Counted from the first letter of the stretch, positions 13,032 through 25,400 are shown. The stretch is 64,000 bases of DNA from Azolla caroliniana (GCA_043228905.1 JBHGNT010000016.1:13144001-13208000); one strand, 5' to 3'. Notes: a model not told the origin generated them from the sequence alone. Made by a program: numbers and translations.

Positions 13032-16000
13032 TTACTGTGCAGTCGAAGCGCGACGAGGCGTGGACGACGGTTCCAGATGGGGGGATGACACGGGCGTGGG
13101 CGTAGGCATGAGTGTGGGCGGGGGCGGTGGTAGTTGATGGAAGGGCTTCATGCGAGACTGGTGAGCAAAGGTAGAGCGGTTGTTGGAGGCGCGGCGGAGC
13201 AGGTATGTAGTGTCGCGTATCTGCTTTTGAACTTCGAAGGGACCAATCCATCGGTGCATGAGCGATTCGCTGAGACCGCGACGACGGATGGGGAAGTAGA
13301 CGAGGACTTTGTCACCGACGTGGTATTGATGGTCGACACGGCCTATATCGTGTTGTCGTTTTTGGCGTAGTTGTGCCTGGTGTAGGTTGCTCGTGATGGC
13401 TTTGCGGAGGAGGGGCTGGAGTTGTTGTAGGTGGGACCACCAAGACACTGCGTCAGCGTGGAGTCGTGTGGTTGGTTGCGGGACTGCCACTTCTGGGGGT
13501 AAGCGCGGGTCCCTTCCGTAAAGGGCCCGAAATGGGCTAATGCGGGTAGAGGCTTGCACAGTTGTGTTGTAGGCATGCGTAACGAAGGGCAAGATTCGGT
13601 CCCAGGTTGAGTGCAGGGGATCGATGTAGGCTGAGATTTGTTGTTTTAAGGTTCGATTGAGGCGCTCCGTCAACCCATTCGTTTGCGGATGGTAGGGTGA
13701 CGTGAATAACTGTTGGATTCCTAGTTGTGTTGAAACGAGGCGTAGGAGCTCACCGTTGAACTGGGGTCCTCAATCGGACAAGATTTGGAGTGGGCAACCG
13801 TGGAGGAAGATGATTTTCTCCAATAGTTTGGAGGCGATGGTCATAGCCTTTGCATCTGGGATAGCGGCCGTCTCAGCCCAACGCGTCAAGTACTCGGTGA
13901 TGACGAGGATGAATTTGTTCCCTCCTTGTGACTCGGGAAAGGGGCCCATAATGTCCCATCCGACGATTTCAAATGGAGCTTGAACTTGTATCAGATGTAA
14001 GAGGCCTTGAGCCACTTGAGGTGATTTGATGGCCTGACATAAGTTGCATGCTTTGATGTAGGAGGCGACCTTGTGGCGTAGCCCAGGCCAATAGAATTTG
14101 CGACGAATTTTGTCGAGCACCTTATGAAGACCCAAGTGGCCGGACAACGGGTGATCATGGAAGAAACGAAGGTAAGACTGGCATAGTTGCTCAGGCACGT
14201 AGACTCGGGGTTCTTTGCCTACTTGACAAAAAAGTAGGACATTATCCTGGATCATGAATTGCTTGGTGAGGGATGATGTTGGTTCAGCTTGTAGGCGGTG
14301 GCAGATATCTTGGATTTGTTTGTCATGTTGTTGCATGTTGGCCATTTGGGACGAGGATATGGGGAAATCGATTGTGTTGGAGGTGATCTGGTTCGCCTGA
14401 AAGGATATGCGGGATAATCCATCGGCGACGATGTTTTGTGGACCATGGCGATAGCGCAGAGTGAATGTGTAATCCTGTAGCGCCAAAACCCAACGAAGTA
14501 AGCGGCCGGGTGGATGAGCCTTCTTTATGAGAGAGAGCAATGGCTGATGGTCGGTTTCGACTGATGTATTTGATCCGTGAAGGTATGGGTGGAAACGATG
14601 GAATGCCCAGACGATGGCGAGGAACTCTTTTTCAGTTGTCGAGTAATTTTGTTCAGCTTTGGTAAGTGACCGACTGATGTAGGCAATCGGGCAGAGTTGG
14701 TCGTTGTCGTCGGATTGGAGCAGGACCGCACCAAGGCCGACATTGGAGGCATCTGTCTGCAGATGGAAAGGCTTCGTGAAATCAGGGTGGGCCAGGAGGT
14801 CAGAGGCTTGGAGTGTTCTCTTGAGCTGCAGGAAGCTGGATTCGCAGGCTTCGGTCCACAGGAAGGGTGCGTCTTTTTGTAGGAGCGCGCGTAGTGGGGC
14901 TGACAGGTCGGCTAGCCGTGGGATGAAACGAAGAGAGAACGTGAGGAGGCCGAGGAGGCGTTGAAGCTGCTTGACTGTGGTGGGGCGTGGGAATTTTTGG
15001 ACTGCTTCTGTCTTTTGTGGGTCCATTTGTATTCCGTCGGAGGAGATGACGTACCCAAGGAAGCGGAGGCACGTACTACCCCATCGGCACTTCTTCCATT
15101 GCAGCTGCAATCGATAGCGTTGAACACAAGTTAGGACCTCCCGAAGGACTTGAAGGTGTTCTGCCCAAGTGCTTGTATGTACCAGAATATCATCTAGATA
15201 GACGATGACGACACGACGGGTGATGAGGTCATCGAAGATGGCATTGGCCATTCGCTGGAATGTGCTCCCCGCATCAGATAGGCCAAAGGGCATCCGTGTG
15301 AACTGAAAAATGCCTTTCCTAGTGCAGAATGCAGTTTTGTGGGCATCGTGAGGATTCATCGGGATCTGCCAATATCCCGAGGCTAGATCGAGGGAGGTGA
15401 AGTACTTTGATTTGCCAAGCTGGTCGAGGAGGTCATCGATACGAGGGAGAGGGTATCGGTCATGGGTGGTGACATGGTTCAGTTGTCGGAAGTCGACACA
15501 AAAGCGGTAAGAACCATCCCCTTTCTTTACCATGTGTGGCTCCGAGATCCACTCGCCCTTGGAAGGTGTGATAATCCCTTGTTGGAGCATAGTTTTGACG
15601 GTGTTGTCGATGCGCTCGTGGTCGAGAGGCGAGCGACGTCGGGGAGCTGCGTTGATGGGGCGGGCATTGCCTGTAGGAATCGTGTGGTGAATCGGAAAAC
15701 GGACCGAGGGAGGTTTTACAGGTGGTGTAGACAACGAGGGAAAGGTGGCGAGGAGCCGTCTGATGTCGTTGATGCGCTCCGCCAGTGATATCAGGTACTG
15801 TGTGTTGCTGATGTGGGTGGTATCCCGCGGAGTAGTGAAGAGCGCGATCGGAATGTGATTCGGGAGGATGAGCTGTTGTGCGGAGAAATCGAGACAGGCT
15901 TGACTATGGAGGAACCAATCACATCCCAAGGTGATTGGGAACAACTGGCGCGGGAGGACGTAGAAACAATGGTGGATCTGGGCGGAACTAATGGTGAGCA

Positions 16001-16316
16001 TGCACCTGACTTGCGTATGTGAGTGGTACACCCGTTGTTGGTCGCCGAAGAGGATTTTAATGGGCGGTGCGTGGCTCGTGGGAAGTTGTAATTGGGTGAC
16101 TAAATCTGCGCTGATGGAAGAGATGTTGCTGCCGGAGTCGAGGAGAACTTCTTGGGTCGTGTGCTGGAGGCGGGCGATTGTGGTACAAACGGGCGAAGTT
16201 GATGAAGTGGAGGCGTGGACGTGCAGGGGCGGCTCGATCGTGGGAGAAACGGGAGAAGTTGAGGACGTGGAGACGTGGACGTGCGGGGGCGGCTCTCCCT
16301 GCGGCACCCCGCGCAT
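13032..16316 (-). pseudogene. pol: Gypsy pol (PR-RT-RNaseH-INT with GPY/F motif), one premature stop
   Basis: 848-aa ORF with LLDSGS, YLDD, TDAS/TEKE/TDH and HHCC integrase. In-frame TGA at 13770-13772 (LSD*GPQ, probably CGA>TGA). Frame continues to 13032 (TNGLTERLNRT...WIGPFEV). No chromodomain. Confidence 0.93.
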
Positions 16317-17437
16317 TAGTTTTCCGGGAGCTCAGAGAGGGAGGCAGCGTCAGCTAATTGGACGTTCTGCTTCTGTTGGTGATTCTGCCACTTTCGGCAG
16401 TGACGCCGAATGTGGCCATAGTTGTTGCAGTAGAAACATTTGGGGCGTCCCTGGCTGTCTCGTTCGGGCAATGCACGCTTGGCACGTAATTGCGCGTTCT
16501 GGATGTCGATGTCCATGGGAGTGACGGCTGGTATAGTGTTTGTATGATCATGACTGAGATTACCTGGTGTGTGCATGTCGTGTGCGTCTACAGCTTCGAT
16601 GCGTTGGGCAGTGAGGATGGCTTCGTGTAGTGTCGTCGGGCCTTGATCGCGTACACGGCGGCGGAGGTCATGTCGTATACGTGGCCAGAAAAAAAACAAC
16701 TTCATGTCCTCCGACATGTTGGCGTCAGCCCGGCGTAGGATCTGCACAAAACGAACCGCGAACTGGGTGATGGGTTCGCGTGGTTGTTGGGTAATTGACT
16801 CAAGTTGTTGTAGGGCCGTATGGCGGGAGTCTTGATGAGCAAAATTCCGAATCATGGCTGCCCGTAACAGATCCCAGTCGTTGCGTGTCTCTTCGGGTTG
16901 TTGTACAAGCCATGTTGTCGCGATATTCTCGAGGAGTGTCTTCATCTCCATTGCCTTCCGAGGGTATGGCCACTGGTGGTAACTGGCCACCATTTCGAAA
17001 TGATCCAGCCAAGAGAGGATGTCTTCCGATGGTAGGCCGGAGAACGGTTTTGGGCGAACTCGAGAGTCCGGGAGATTTTGTTGTGGCTCGGATCGTGCTG
17101 AAAGAAAGGACAACATGGCTTGGTTAGTATGGTTAACTTGTAAAATGATGTTGGACAGAGCTTGAACCAGTTGGTCGATTGGCGATGTGGGCTGGTGTCC
17201 TTGATTGTGTTGTAGGAATTCTGGATTCATCGAGTTTCCGTTGCCGTCGTTGTTGTCGTGTTGCATCGTGGCGGGCGTTGTTGGGGTCGTGAGTTGGGGT
17301 GGCTTGGCCCGTCTTCTCCACCAAGATGTGAAATGCTCAAGATGTGAAATGCTCTCAAGAATAGCCTCCCTTTCATTATGTCTCAAGTTACATTTTATAG
17401 ACTCTCTCTTAGGGTGGAGGGTGTTCTCCCGCTCCAA
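16316..17437 (-). CDS. gag: Gypsy gag (true start probably near 17270, downstream of the PBS)
   Basis: RPKPFSG...WL retrotransposon-gag motif; CFYCNNYGHIRRHC zinc knuckle; ends in a TAATG overlap with pol. Confidence 0.88.
   Translation of the reverse strand: MERENTLHPKRESIKCNLRHNEREAILESISHLEHFTSWWRRRAKPPQLTTPTTPATMQHDNNDGNGNSMNPEFLQHNQGHQPTSPIDQLVQALSNIILQVNHTNQAMLSFLSARSEPQQNLPDSRVRPKPFSGLPSEDILSWLDHFEMVASYHQWPYPRKAMEMKTLLENIATTWLVQQPEETRNDWDLLRAAMIRNFAHQDSRHTALQQLESITQQPREPITQFAVRFVQILRRADANMSEDMKLFFFWPRIRHDLRRRVRDQGPTTLHEAILTAQRIEAVDAHDMHTPGNLSHDHTNTIPAVTPMDIDIQNAQLRAKRALPERDSQGRPKCFYCNNYGHIRRHCRKWQNHQQKQNVQLADAASLSELPEN
17308..17323 (-). promoter_or_regulatory. Primer-binding site, tRNA-Ala type
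   Basis: Minus strand TGGTGGAGAAGACGGG; the plus strand ...TCTCCACCA matches the 3' end of tRNA-Ala. Confidence 0.7.
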
Positions 17438-17585
17438 TTAGCTCTACTAATTATGGGGCTTGGTGGGGGCCTAGTTTGGGTGTGGTGCATGGGGCTTGGT
17501 AGGGGCCTAATTTGGGTGTGGTCTATGTGTGGTGCATGGGGCTTGGTAGGGGCCTAATCTAGGTGTGGTCCATGTGACCACCACA
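17343..17585 (-). repeat. 5' LTR of the 12767-17585 Gypsy
   Basis: Direct repeat of 12767-13009; followed by the ATAT TSD. Confidence 0.95.
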
Positions 17586-19174
17586 ATATGAACTAGTACA
17601 AATATGGCTGTTTATTCATGAAAATGACCCAAGTGTTTTAAATCTAGAGGAGATGATTAAGGGCACACATATGGGAAAAAAAGTTTAACTCGTGATGACT
17701 TGAATAAAAGCTCATAGAGAAAATAAGTGCTAAATTTTGCCTCAAGATGTTTAGGGTTTTGAAATAGTTAATGAGGAGAACAAAGATTGTGGTGAAGTCT
17801 TGATCCTAAAGTCTCAAAATAGTGAAACCCCAAATATATCTATTTCAATGATTAAGTAATCAAGGAAACGATCAAGGGTAATATTCATGTGTTGATGATA
17901 GGAGAAGCAAATTAAAAGGTTGTGTAGAAAATTTGTGAAACAAGATGACCAAGATAAATTGCATTTTCTTTTGGATATATGGTTTGAGTTTGCGATAATA
18001 TTTTTAAACCTCAACTCAATTCTGCTATTTGAGGGTACATAAATTTGTTGAACTTGATTTTAATAAATGATGAATTTTGTTTCAACATCTTATACTACAA
18101 GTGTGATTGACAATGATAGTGTTATACATCAAAGCAAATCTATGAAATTGGGTGATTTTATTTGTGTCGTCGTTGTGATGTAGGGTGCACATAGGATGAA
18201 ATAAGTTAAACTACAAACATCAAAAGGATGAATGTCAAAGCTAAGGTGTGGTATGAAGAACAAGTAACGTGTTGCATTAAAAAACAATAAAAAATTCTTA
18301 CTCAATTGGTAAGAGCTAGTAACATGAGTAAGAGGGGGAAAATAGAGCACGTAATTGGGATGAAAGCCTCTTTCATCCTATAAAAGGGTGAAGAGAGCTC
18401 ATTATTAGGGAGAAGAGAGAGAGAGAGCGAAGCAGAAATTTTGCCGAAATGAGAAATGAAGAAGCTAGGGTAGCAAATCAAGAGGGCGTGTAAGACTAGC
18501 ATTAACAAGAGGCAACGTGGTTTTCGATCACTAGAACATTGCACCAAAACTCGCTCGAAGACTCATGAACAAATCTTCTCCGATTTTTCTTTTCTTCGTG
18601 ATCTTCTTCTTCTTCACAACATACTTGCTATCTTAGGGTTTTATTTACATCATCTTCATGAAATTTAGGCTCTTAGTTTATGTTTCATTTTTGAAAAATT
18701 ACCATCGTTGTAATTGTTTACCCCAAAAACTTGTAATCCTTGTATTATAAAGGGAGTTTCCTTCTTAATCTACCAATTTTGGAGTTAATATTGTAAAATC
18801 CATTCGTACTCTCATGGTATTTAGGCTAATTATATGTTACAATCTTAATCTCGCACATAATTCATTGTTCGGCTCGTTGATACCTTCAACTCTAACGAGC
18901 CTTCAACTCTGAAGAGCGGTCAACTTTGAGGAGCCTTGTGACACGGCCACACCAACCGCTAACTCGGACGAAGCACGGATGACTGGTGTTGAATCCCTTG
19001 AAAGGGACCAAGGAGGTTACACGTATTTATACTCTGAGTCGAAGTACATGCATTAGAATATTCGTGAGAATATTCTAGAACCTTCTAGTTCTAGAACTTT
19101 CTAAAAACTCCTAGAACTTGAAATAGATAATCTACTAATAATATACTAAGATATATATAACATGATCATATATT

Positions 19175-19238
19175 TGGACGTGTTGGTTAGAACACAACAC
19201 TTGACTATATACAAAGAGGTCAAGAGTTCAAATCTTGT
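19175..19238 (+). pseudogene. tRNA-like A/B-box segment in the LTR (second copy at ~22173-22236)
   Basis: TGGACGTGTTGGTTAG (A-box-like) ... AGGTCAAGAGTTCAAATCTTG (B box with a T-arm-like hairpin). Confidence 0.6.
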
Positions 19239-19289
19239 CATCATGTTTGTGACATTATCCTCCCCTTTACGGCCGCCTTTTCGAAAGTG

Positions 19290-20580
19290 TAGTGTAGGGG
19301 TGAGGAGACTGGAACACCAACGTGACTGCCGCCTTTTCGAAAGTGTGGTGTAGGGGTGAGGAGACTGGAACACCAACGTGAGCGTGAGCGACTATGTGCG
19401 GTCCTCACCGGACAAAGGAACACCAAAATGAGTGTGAGTGACCATGTGTGGTCCTCATCGGAGACTGGAACGCCAACGTGAGTGAGCGACCATGTGTGGC
19501 CCACACCGGAGACACAAACACCAACATGAGTGAGAGACCATGTGCAGTCCTCACCAGGAATTGGAACACCAACGGATGTGAGTGAGGGGTGAGGAGACTG
19601 GAACACCAACGTGACTACCGCCTTTTCGAAAGTGTGGTGTAGGGGTGAGGAGACTGGAACACCAACGTGAGCGTGAGCGACTATGTGCGGTCCTCACCGG
19701 ACAAAGGAACACCAAAATGAGTGTGAGTGACCATGTGTGGTCCTCATCGGAGACTGGAACGCCAACGTGAGTGAGCGACCATGTGTGGCCCACACCGGAG
19801 ACACAAACACCAACATGAGTGAGAGACCATGTGCAGTCCTCACCAGGAATTGGAACACCAACGGATGTGAGTGAGGGGTGAGGAGACTGGAACACCAACG
19901 TGACTACCGCCTTTTCGAAAGTGTGGTGTAGGGGTGAGGAGACTGGAACACCAACGTGAGCGTGAGCGACTATGTGCGGTCCTCACCGAAGAAAGGAACA
20001 CCAAAATGAGTGTGAGTGACCATGTGTGGTCCTCATTGGAGACTGGAACGCCAACGTGAGTGAGCGACCATGTGCGGCCCACACCGGAGACATGAACACC
20101 AACATGAGTGAGCGACCATGTGCAGTCCTCACGAGGAACTGGAACACCAACGGATGTGAGTGACCATGTGCGGCCCTCACCAGAGACACGAACACCAATG
20201 GGCGTCAGCGACCATGTGTGGTCCTCACTAGAGACACGAACACCAACGGGCGTGAGCGACCATGTACGGTCCTCACCGAAGACACAAACACCAACGGACG
20301 TGAGCAACCATGTGTGGTCCTCACCAGGAACTGGAACACCAACGGATGTGAGCAACCATGTGCGGTCCTCACCGGCAACTGGAAACCAGCAGGTGTGAGA
20401 GGCCATGTACAATCCTCACCGAAGACGTGAACACCAATGGGTGTGAGCGACCATGTGCGGTCTTCACCGGAGATAGGAACACCAACGGGCGTGAGCGACC
20501 CTGTGCGGTCCTCACCAGGAATTGGAACACCAACGGGCATAAGCGACCTTGTGCGGTCCTCACCAGGAACGGGAAAACTT
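19290..20580. repeat. 48-bp tandem array with a 289-bp higher-order repeat (about 3 copies)
   Basis: Unit ~ccatgtgcggtcctcaccggagactggaacaccaacggatgtgagcga (16-aa periodicity in the ORF track); ORFs ending at 19609 and 19898 are near-identical, 289 bp apart. Confidence 0.92.
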
Positions 20581-21095
20581 GATGTCGATGAAGGCCAGGC
20601 AAAGTAGTGTTGATGATGACACCAAGAGGTGTTGAAGACAATGATTTTGAGGAAGTGTCTCTAGAAGCAATGACTGTGACTATGGCAATGATGGAAACAG
20701 AGAAATAGATGAAGAGGATAAGAAACACAAAGATCAAGATGTTGAGGATAAAAAGAACACAAAGACAAAGATATGGAGGATGATAGAATACACAATGACA
20801 AGGACGAAGATGATAAGAAACACATAGATAGAGATGAAAATGGCAGGAAACACAGGGAGAAGGATGACAACGACAATAAACGCAGAGATAGGGACGTGGA
20901 AGACGATAAGAAGCGCAAAGATAGGGATGATGATGATAAGAAACTAAACGATAGAGACAACGATGAGAATAAACTAGGAGATAGAGATGACGAGGAAGAT
21001 AGGAAACAAAGGGATGCTGATGACGGTAACTATGGAAGCAATAACGATGACAATGGTAACTCTAGAAGCAAGGGAGATGACGAAGATGGGTGATG
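20580..21095. repeat. Purine-rich low-complexity degenerate ~30-bp repeats
   Basis: Recurring gatgacga..gataagaaacacagagat units giving D/K/R-only translation. Confidence 0.75.
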
Positions 21096-21174
21096 CTTCT
21101 AGTTGGAAGGGATTCAAATTGTCACGAACACACAAATTGCTAATTGGATGAAGCACGGATGACAACGCTATGAG

Positions 21175-21863
21175 TAGCAATGGGCCCGGTTTCGGCTCAA
21201 ACCGAAACAAACCAAAAAACCGTGACTTAACAGTTTATAGGTTCAAAGATAAATAAACGATTTGGTTTAGTTTCAAATGTTACTAATCGGTTTCAATTTG
21301 GTGCGGTTCGGTTTTGAATTTATCGGTTTATCGGCTTATCGGTTTCTATTTATGTGGTTCGGTTTAAAGGTTTAAAGGTTTAGAGGTTTAGAGGTTAAAA
21401 AATACTCAAAAATATTCTCTATAGGCTCTAACTTTCAACTTTTAATTTTAAACTCTTGTTTTAACTTATTAAATATTATATGTATTATATGTAGAGTCTC
21501 CTTTTCATTTATGATGATCAAATTTATGATTAGTATGATGACCAAATTTATGATAAGTATGATGACAAATTTTATGATGAGTATCATGATTTTCTCACAC
21601 AAATTTATAATAAGTATGATGATTAATATCAATAAAAAATGGTTTGGTTTGGTTTGGTTTTGATTTATGATGAACCGGTTTGGTTTGGTTTGGTTTTAAA
21701 TTTTTCGTAAACGGTTTGGTTTCTCCTATTCTTTAAACGGGTTGGTTTAACGGTTTGGTTTAAATGGCTTCATAAATTTTAAAATAGTTTGGTTCGGTTT
21801 TTATTATTAATAAATGGTTTGGTTTGGTTTCAAGGCCAAGAAATCGAACCGGGCCCATTGCTA
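21175..21863. mobile_element. hAT-family MITE inserted in the 5' LTR
   Basis: 17-bp TIRs TAGCAATGGGCCCGGTT / AACCGGGCCCATTGCTA; 8-bp TSD gctatgag/gctacgag; subterminal AAACCG/CGGTTT repeats. Confidence 0.93.
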
Positions 21864-22429
21864 GCTACGAGGAACTTAAAGAAGCTAGGAATGACATTAG
21901 AGAATGAAGACAAAGATGAAGAACGAGACAAGATGGAATTGAACAAGAATACTAGATTGATGTGTCAATGTCTGGTGTTGAATCCCTTGAAAGGAACCAA
22001 GGAGGTTACAAGTATTTATACTGTGAGTTAAAGCACATACATTAGAATATTCGAGAGAATATTTTAGAACCCTCTAGAACCTTCTAGTTCTAGAACTTTC
22101 TAAAAACTCCTAGAACTTGAAATAGATAATCTACTAATAATATACTAAGATATATATAACATGACCATATATTTGGATGTGTTGGTTAGAACACAACACT
22201 TGACTATGTACAAAAGGTTAAGAGTTCAAATCTTGTCATCATGTTTGTGACACCTTGGACACGAAAGACTCTTTGACTCTAACCTACGTTTGACTTTGTC
22301 TTACCTTCGACTCAGGGATACATTTTACTCTAACTTATATTCCACTCTAGGTTACATTCGACTTTGCCCTACCGTCGACTCCATTGTGGAGCCTTTGAAT
22401 TTGAGGAACTTTCAACTCTGTGTCGTCCG

Positions 22430-25400
22430 TGACGGGAGGAGGAAAGGCATCCGTGATCATGGCCGCGTCGAGTTTACGATAGTCCACGCACACTCGGATT
22501 TGCCCATTTTTTTTCGGCACGACGATAATCGGGCTTAACCAAGTTGCCCTTTTTACTAGCCAAATGAACCCTACGTGGAGGAGTTTGTCGATTTTCTCTT
22601 TTACCTTTGTTGCGTAATTTGAGTTCATCCAGTTGCGACGTTGTTGTACCAGTCGTGCATCATGTTGGAGGTGAATCTGGTGTGGATAATATAGGGGGGT
22701 CTAACCCCTTCATGTCACTGTATGGCCAGGTGAAGACATCTTGATACTCGATCAACAACCTGATCAAAGTGGATCGTTCGTCAGAATCCAAGGCCTTCGC
22801 GATTTTCAGTGTCTAGGGCTTGGTAGAAGAACCGAGATTAATTTCCTCTTGTGTTGAGGCTTTTACGCGCTAAGAGAGTGCTAATTCGCGTTTGAGTGCA
22901 TCGTGGGCATGCCGTAACTCCTCGATCGATTGTGGGTTAGGGTCGTGTGGAACAATGTGGTCTATCGTCGCGATGTCAATTAGATATGACTCTATGGCTG
23001 TGAGAACATCGTTTTCGAATAGGGGGACGATCGTGGGATGCTCGTCCAGAAAGGATTCCATCTCTTCGTTCTCTAGACCGTTGAGCATATGCACGCCTTT
23101 AGCATACAACGGGCTGTTGTCGGGAGGCGTCATGATGAGTTCCTCCATGACGACCTGAACTTTGGTTTTCCATGGGGAAATGATATCATGTTGCGCTGCC
23201 AGTGTTGCTTGATATTAGATGTTCATAGCCATGGACGTCCGAGTAACAACGGGTAAGCGCCAGGAGCGTCGAGTCGTAAGATTAATGCGGACACTATGAA
23301 GATGTGCCCATCGAGGATTAAATCGAGATTTCGGATTAACACTATTAGTCGAACCGATTGTGTATCCGCCATATGAAGCCAAAACAGGCATGGCTCCCAT
23401 TGCGTGATGCCCAGGTCATGGCATGTTGCCTCACTGATAACATTCACTCCTAATCCGCTATCGATAATGCACCCATGGACTTCGCGGCCTCTAATGATAA
23501 GTTTGACCACCGGGTTCGAAGAATCTATTAGTGGTGCTCCGGGTTCTGGCACCGTGACGTGTAGGGGCAGGGTAGTTGGTTCATGGCCGGTGGTGAGAGA
23601 TTGGACCGTGTCCTTGAAGCGCGGGAGCAACTATAGCCGTTTATGCAGGGGCATGGAAATTTGGTAGCTGGTGAGGGCTTGTCAAACTGGGTCGTTTTTG
23701 GGTGGTTCGGTAGGTGAAGAGCGATGTGATGGAGGAAAAACGATTTCTTCCATTTCAGTGTGCATTCAGTCGGTGTTGGCGCGGTTGGCCATTTCGATCC
23801 ATTTCTTAGCGGATTGTCGAACCTCATCCTAAATCTCCTATTGCGATTGTTGGGTCTTACTTCGGGTAGTGACCTGTTGGACATCGATCATAATCATGTT
23901 TATGCCGGTGCTTTACCTCAATTGTTAGTTGGACATTGAGTGGCATAATGATCTAGTTGATTACAGTTGAAGCATGTTACTGTTGCTGAGTTGTTGGGCT
24001 CTCCTTGCTCGAATTGAGGTTGTGCTCTATGTCATGGTTGATCTTCTCGAGCCGGCGGGGAATAGGACTGCAAAGGGTTTTCACGAGACTCGGATTGGGG
24101 AGGCCGCCGATTATCGGTGCGCGGAGGGTCTCGGCGACGGTTGTCGAAGGGTCCTCGATTATTCCCCGAAGATCGGAAGCCACGATTATGATGTGGGGGT
24201 TGTCAATCATGTCGTGGATACTGTGGTTTGTAATAGTCTTCTCGATCATAATCATCCCGGTAATAGTGATCCTCCGGATAATAGTGATCGTCACGATGAT
24301 AGTGTGGTAGATTATGATAGTACGGTGGCTCCGGCCGGTAGTGGTGATCCCGATGATAGCGATCCGGTTCAGGTGGTAGCCATCGTTGTGGTGAAGCTGA
24401 TCCTTCTCCCAGGGTTGTTTAGTGTCTCTATTCTGTCGTGGTGGTCACTCATCCTGTTGTGAACGATCGGGGCATGGCTCGATTTGAGTTAGTACGGTTG
24501 AGCATGTGGTACTCACATTGGTAAACCGTATGTACTCTACAATGGCAGATGGAAGAGTGTGGCCGTAGAGGGCAATCGATAGCCAAGTTACCAGACTTGG
24601 CACAAGTCGTGCATTGCAGTGCTTGCCGAAACTGGGTTTCCTCGGTTGTTGGCAAGACAGTTTGGAGCATGCCCATGGAGAAAGAATTGTTATGAGGAGC
24701 CCTATCTAAAGCGAGACCACGAGCAACCACTTGCTTGATAGTTTGTTGTGAAAAATCTGTGAGAGCCAATGTCGTGTGCAACGGGTCCTGGAGTTCGACA
24801 ATGAACGTATCTTTTAGATGATTTTCTGACACGTCCTATGTGAGTTCCCGGTAAAGGTCTTGAAATCGGAGGGTGAACTGAGAAACCATTTCATTAGGCT
24901 CCTGGGCAATGGCATAGAACTGGTGGAACAGTTCACGCTTAGGGACCTCCTAGTGGAATAACTCCATAAAACGGGTACAGACATCTTGGAATGTGATGAA
25001 CTCCCCAGGATCATGGCGAGAATACCACCGTGCAGCCAGGCAGTCTAGAGAAAGGATGAATTCCGTGATTTTGGAGGCATCGACCTCCACAAGGGTGAGG
25101 TGCTGCGTAGAATGGTTGGCTTGCCACGTGGAGAGAAAGGAGTGGATGTGGGATTCCGCATCGGGACCGTCCGTGTAACGGGTAGAGGGGTACAACATTG
25201 TGTCGAAATCTGGATCTTTCGGTAGAGCCGGGAAGGGGTTGAACTCGGATTGTTGAGTGACTTCTGGGATACTCGGTGGAGTGGCAAGATCGAAGCCATT
25301 TGGTTGTGTTTCATCGATGATTGGTGATGAGTGCAATTCCGAGGGTTCTGGTGATGCGTGTTGTGTGAGCACGGAATCAGCAGTATCCTCGATTGGCTCG

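Larger units (their letters stand above)
12767..17585 (-). mobile_element. Full-length young Ty3/Gypsy LTR retrotransposon (non-chromovirus)
   Basis: Two 243-bp TG..CA LTRs (12767-13009, 17343-17585) with only 2 substitutions seen; 4-bp TSD ATAT; PPT at 13010-13020; PBS at 17308-17323; gag and pol ORFs. Confidence 0.97.
18939..22252 (-). mobile_element. Non-autonomous LTR element (no pol) with tRNA-like LTRs and an internal tandem array
   Basis: LTRs 18939-19254 and 21120-22252 (TG(T/A)CAC...GTGACA); 5-bp TSD CCTTG at 18934-38 and 22253-57; PPT aaggggaggataa next to 19254; interior is repeats only. Confidence 0.9.

Noticed and set aside
19290-20580. Regular repeat array as a CRISPR locus or repeat-protein gene
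   Set aside because: Units are contiguous with no unique spacers and there are no cas genes. ORFs on both strands arise because the 48-bp unit is a stop-poor multiple of 3.
20661-21093. D/K/R-rich and S/L-rich ORFs
   Set aside because: Translation of purine-rich low-complexity repeats inside a non-autonomous element.
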